Positions 62,995-64,000 of a stretch of 64,000 bases of DNA are shown here, piece after piece. The stretch lies in NCBI GenBank assembly GCA_028826165.1, contig JAPDFW010000007.1:34668-98667 (forward strand), written 5' to 3'. The first letter of the stretch is position 1. Each line of letters starts with the position of its first letter. Position numbers and translations under genes: made by a program. The notes below the pieces were generated by a model, which ran no database searches, was not told where the DNA came from, and saw only the letters and a list, made by a program, of their open reading frames with translations. The DNA is from Anaeramoeba ignava BMAN (Eukaryota; Protista; Anaeramoebae).

Positions 62995-63710
62995 TTATAT
63001 TTATTATTTTTACACATAAATTATTTATCTAAATTATTTAAATAAACAAAATATTTATAAATTATTAATTAAAATTATTCAATTTCAATTTATTTTATTT
63101 ATTAAAAAGGAAAAAAAAACAAATTAAAAATTAAAAATAATTAAATTAAAAATATTAAATTATTATTTTACACATAAATTATTTATTTAAATTATTTAAA
63201 TAATCAAAATATTTATAAACTATTTATTAATATTAATTAATTTCAATTTATTTTATTTATTAAAAAGCAACAAAAACAAATTAAAAATAATTAAATTAAA
63301 AATATTAAATTATTATTTTACACATAAATTATTTATTTAAATTATTTAAATAAACAAAATATTTATAAATTATTTATTAATATTAATTAATTTCAATTTA
63401 TTTTATTTATTAAAAAGGAAAAACACAAATTAAAAATAAAAAATAATTAAATTAAAAATATTAAATTATTATTTTACACATAAATTATTTATCTAAATTA
63501 TTTAAATAATCAAAATATTTATAAATTATTTATTAAAATTATTTAATTTTAATTTATTTTTATTTATTAAAAAGGAAAAACAAATTAAAAATTAAAAATA
63601 ATTAAATTAAAAATATTAAATTATTATTTTAAACATAAATTATTTTATTTAAATTATTTAAATAATCAAAATATTTATAAACTATTAATTAATATTATTA
63701 ATTTTAATTA
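62995..63710 (+). repeat. 150-158 bp AT-rich minisatellite, about 5 copies
   Basis: ACATAAATTATT recurs at about 63014, 63171, 63321, 63478 and 63634. Confidence 0.88.
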
Positions 63711-63788
63711 TTCCAAAAACAAACAATACAAAAAATTCATTAATTTAAAAATATCAAAACAAAAACATAAAAATAAAAATAAAAATAG

Positions 63789-64000
63789 ATGGAAAATTTT
63801 ACTACAAAAAAAGAACAAGAATTAATGAAAGAAAAACAAGAATTAATTAACAAAGAACAAGAATTAATGAAAGAAAAGCAAGAATTAATTAACAAAGAAC
63901 AAGAATTAATGAAAGGAAAACAAGAATTTAATTAACAAAGAACAAAAGAATTAATGAAAGGGAAAACCATGAAACAACAAAAGAAAACAAAAGTGTGAAA
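63789..64000 (+). other. Short heptad-repeat coding-like segment (42-bp unit, KEQELMKEKQELIN) decaying toward the window end
   Basis: ATG at 63789 gives MENFTTKKEQELMKEKQELINKEQELMKEKQELINKEQELMKGKQE, followed by indels. Confidence 0.4.

Overview
This is extremely AT-rich eukaryotic genomic DNA with spliceosomal introns, not prokaryotic. The style (RCC1-BTB family expansion, NQ/SK microsatellite proteins, AT content) suggests an Anaeramoeba-like anaerobic protist; that is an inference. I reconstructed 14 protein-coding genes by hand: a BTB fragment, DUSP-USP deubiquitinase, NAA20, CH-RasGAP-PH, C2-C2-WW, two RCC1-BTB-BTB, symplekin, a CHD6-9-like remodeller, F-box/LRR, an RRM protein resembling NELF-E, a TUG-like UBX protein, FYVE-ARM and MLH1. 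They contain 31 GT-AG introns, nearly all with matching phases. The most striking architecture is in the introns. Ordinary 59-109 nt introns coexist with 0.2-4 kb introns made almost entirely of 6-, 12- or 19-mer tandem repeats that carry almost no G on the sense strand. Acceptors are AAG in 16 of 31 cases and often lack a polypyrimidine tract. In 29 of 31 introns the acceptor is the first AG more than about 50 nt from the donor. The same AAAATC satellite also enters exons as SK or NQ dipeptides. A strand-specific TCATTTTT motif precedes all 13 intact start codons. MLH1 lacks the C-terminal FERC motif. The last 8 kb holds 144-bp and about 155-bp minisatellites and a degenerate coding-like tract. 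Several single-base frameshifts at homopolymers look like long-read errors. All coordinates and counts were made by eye.
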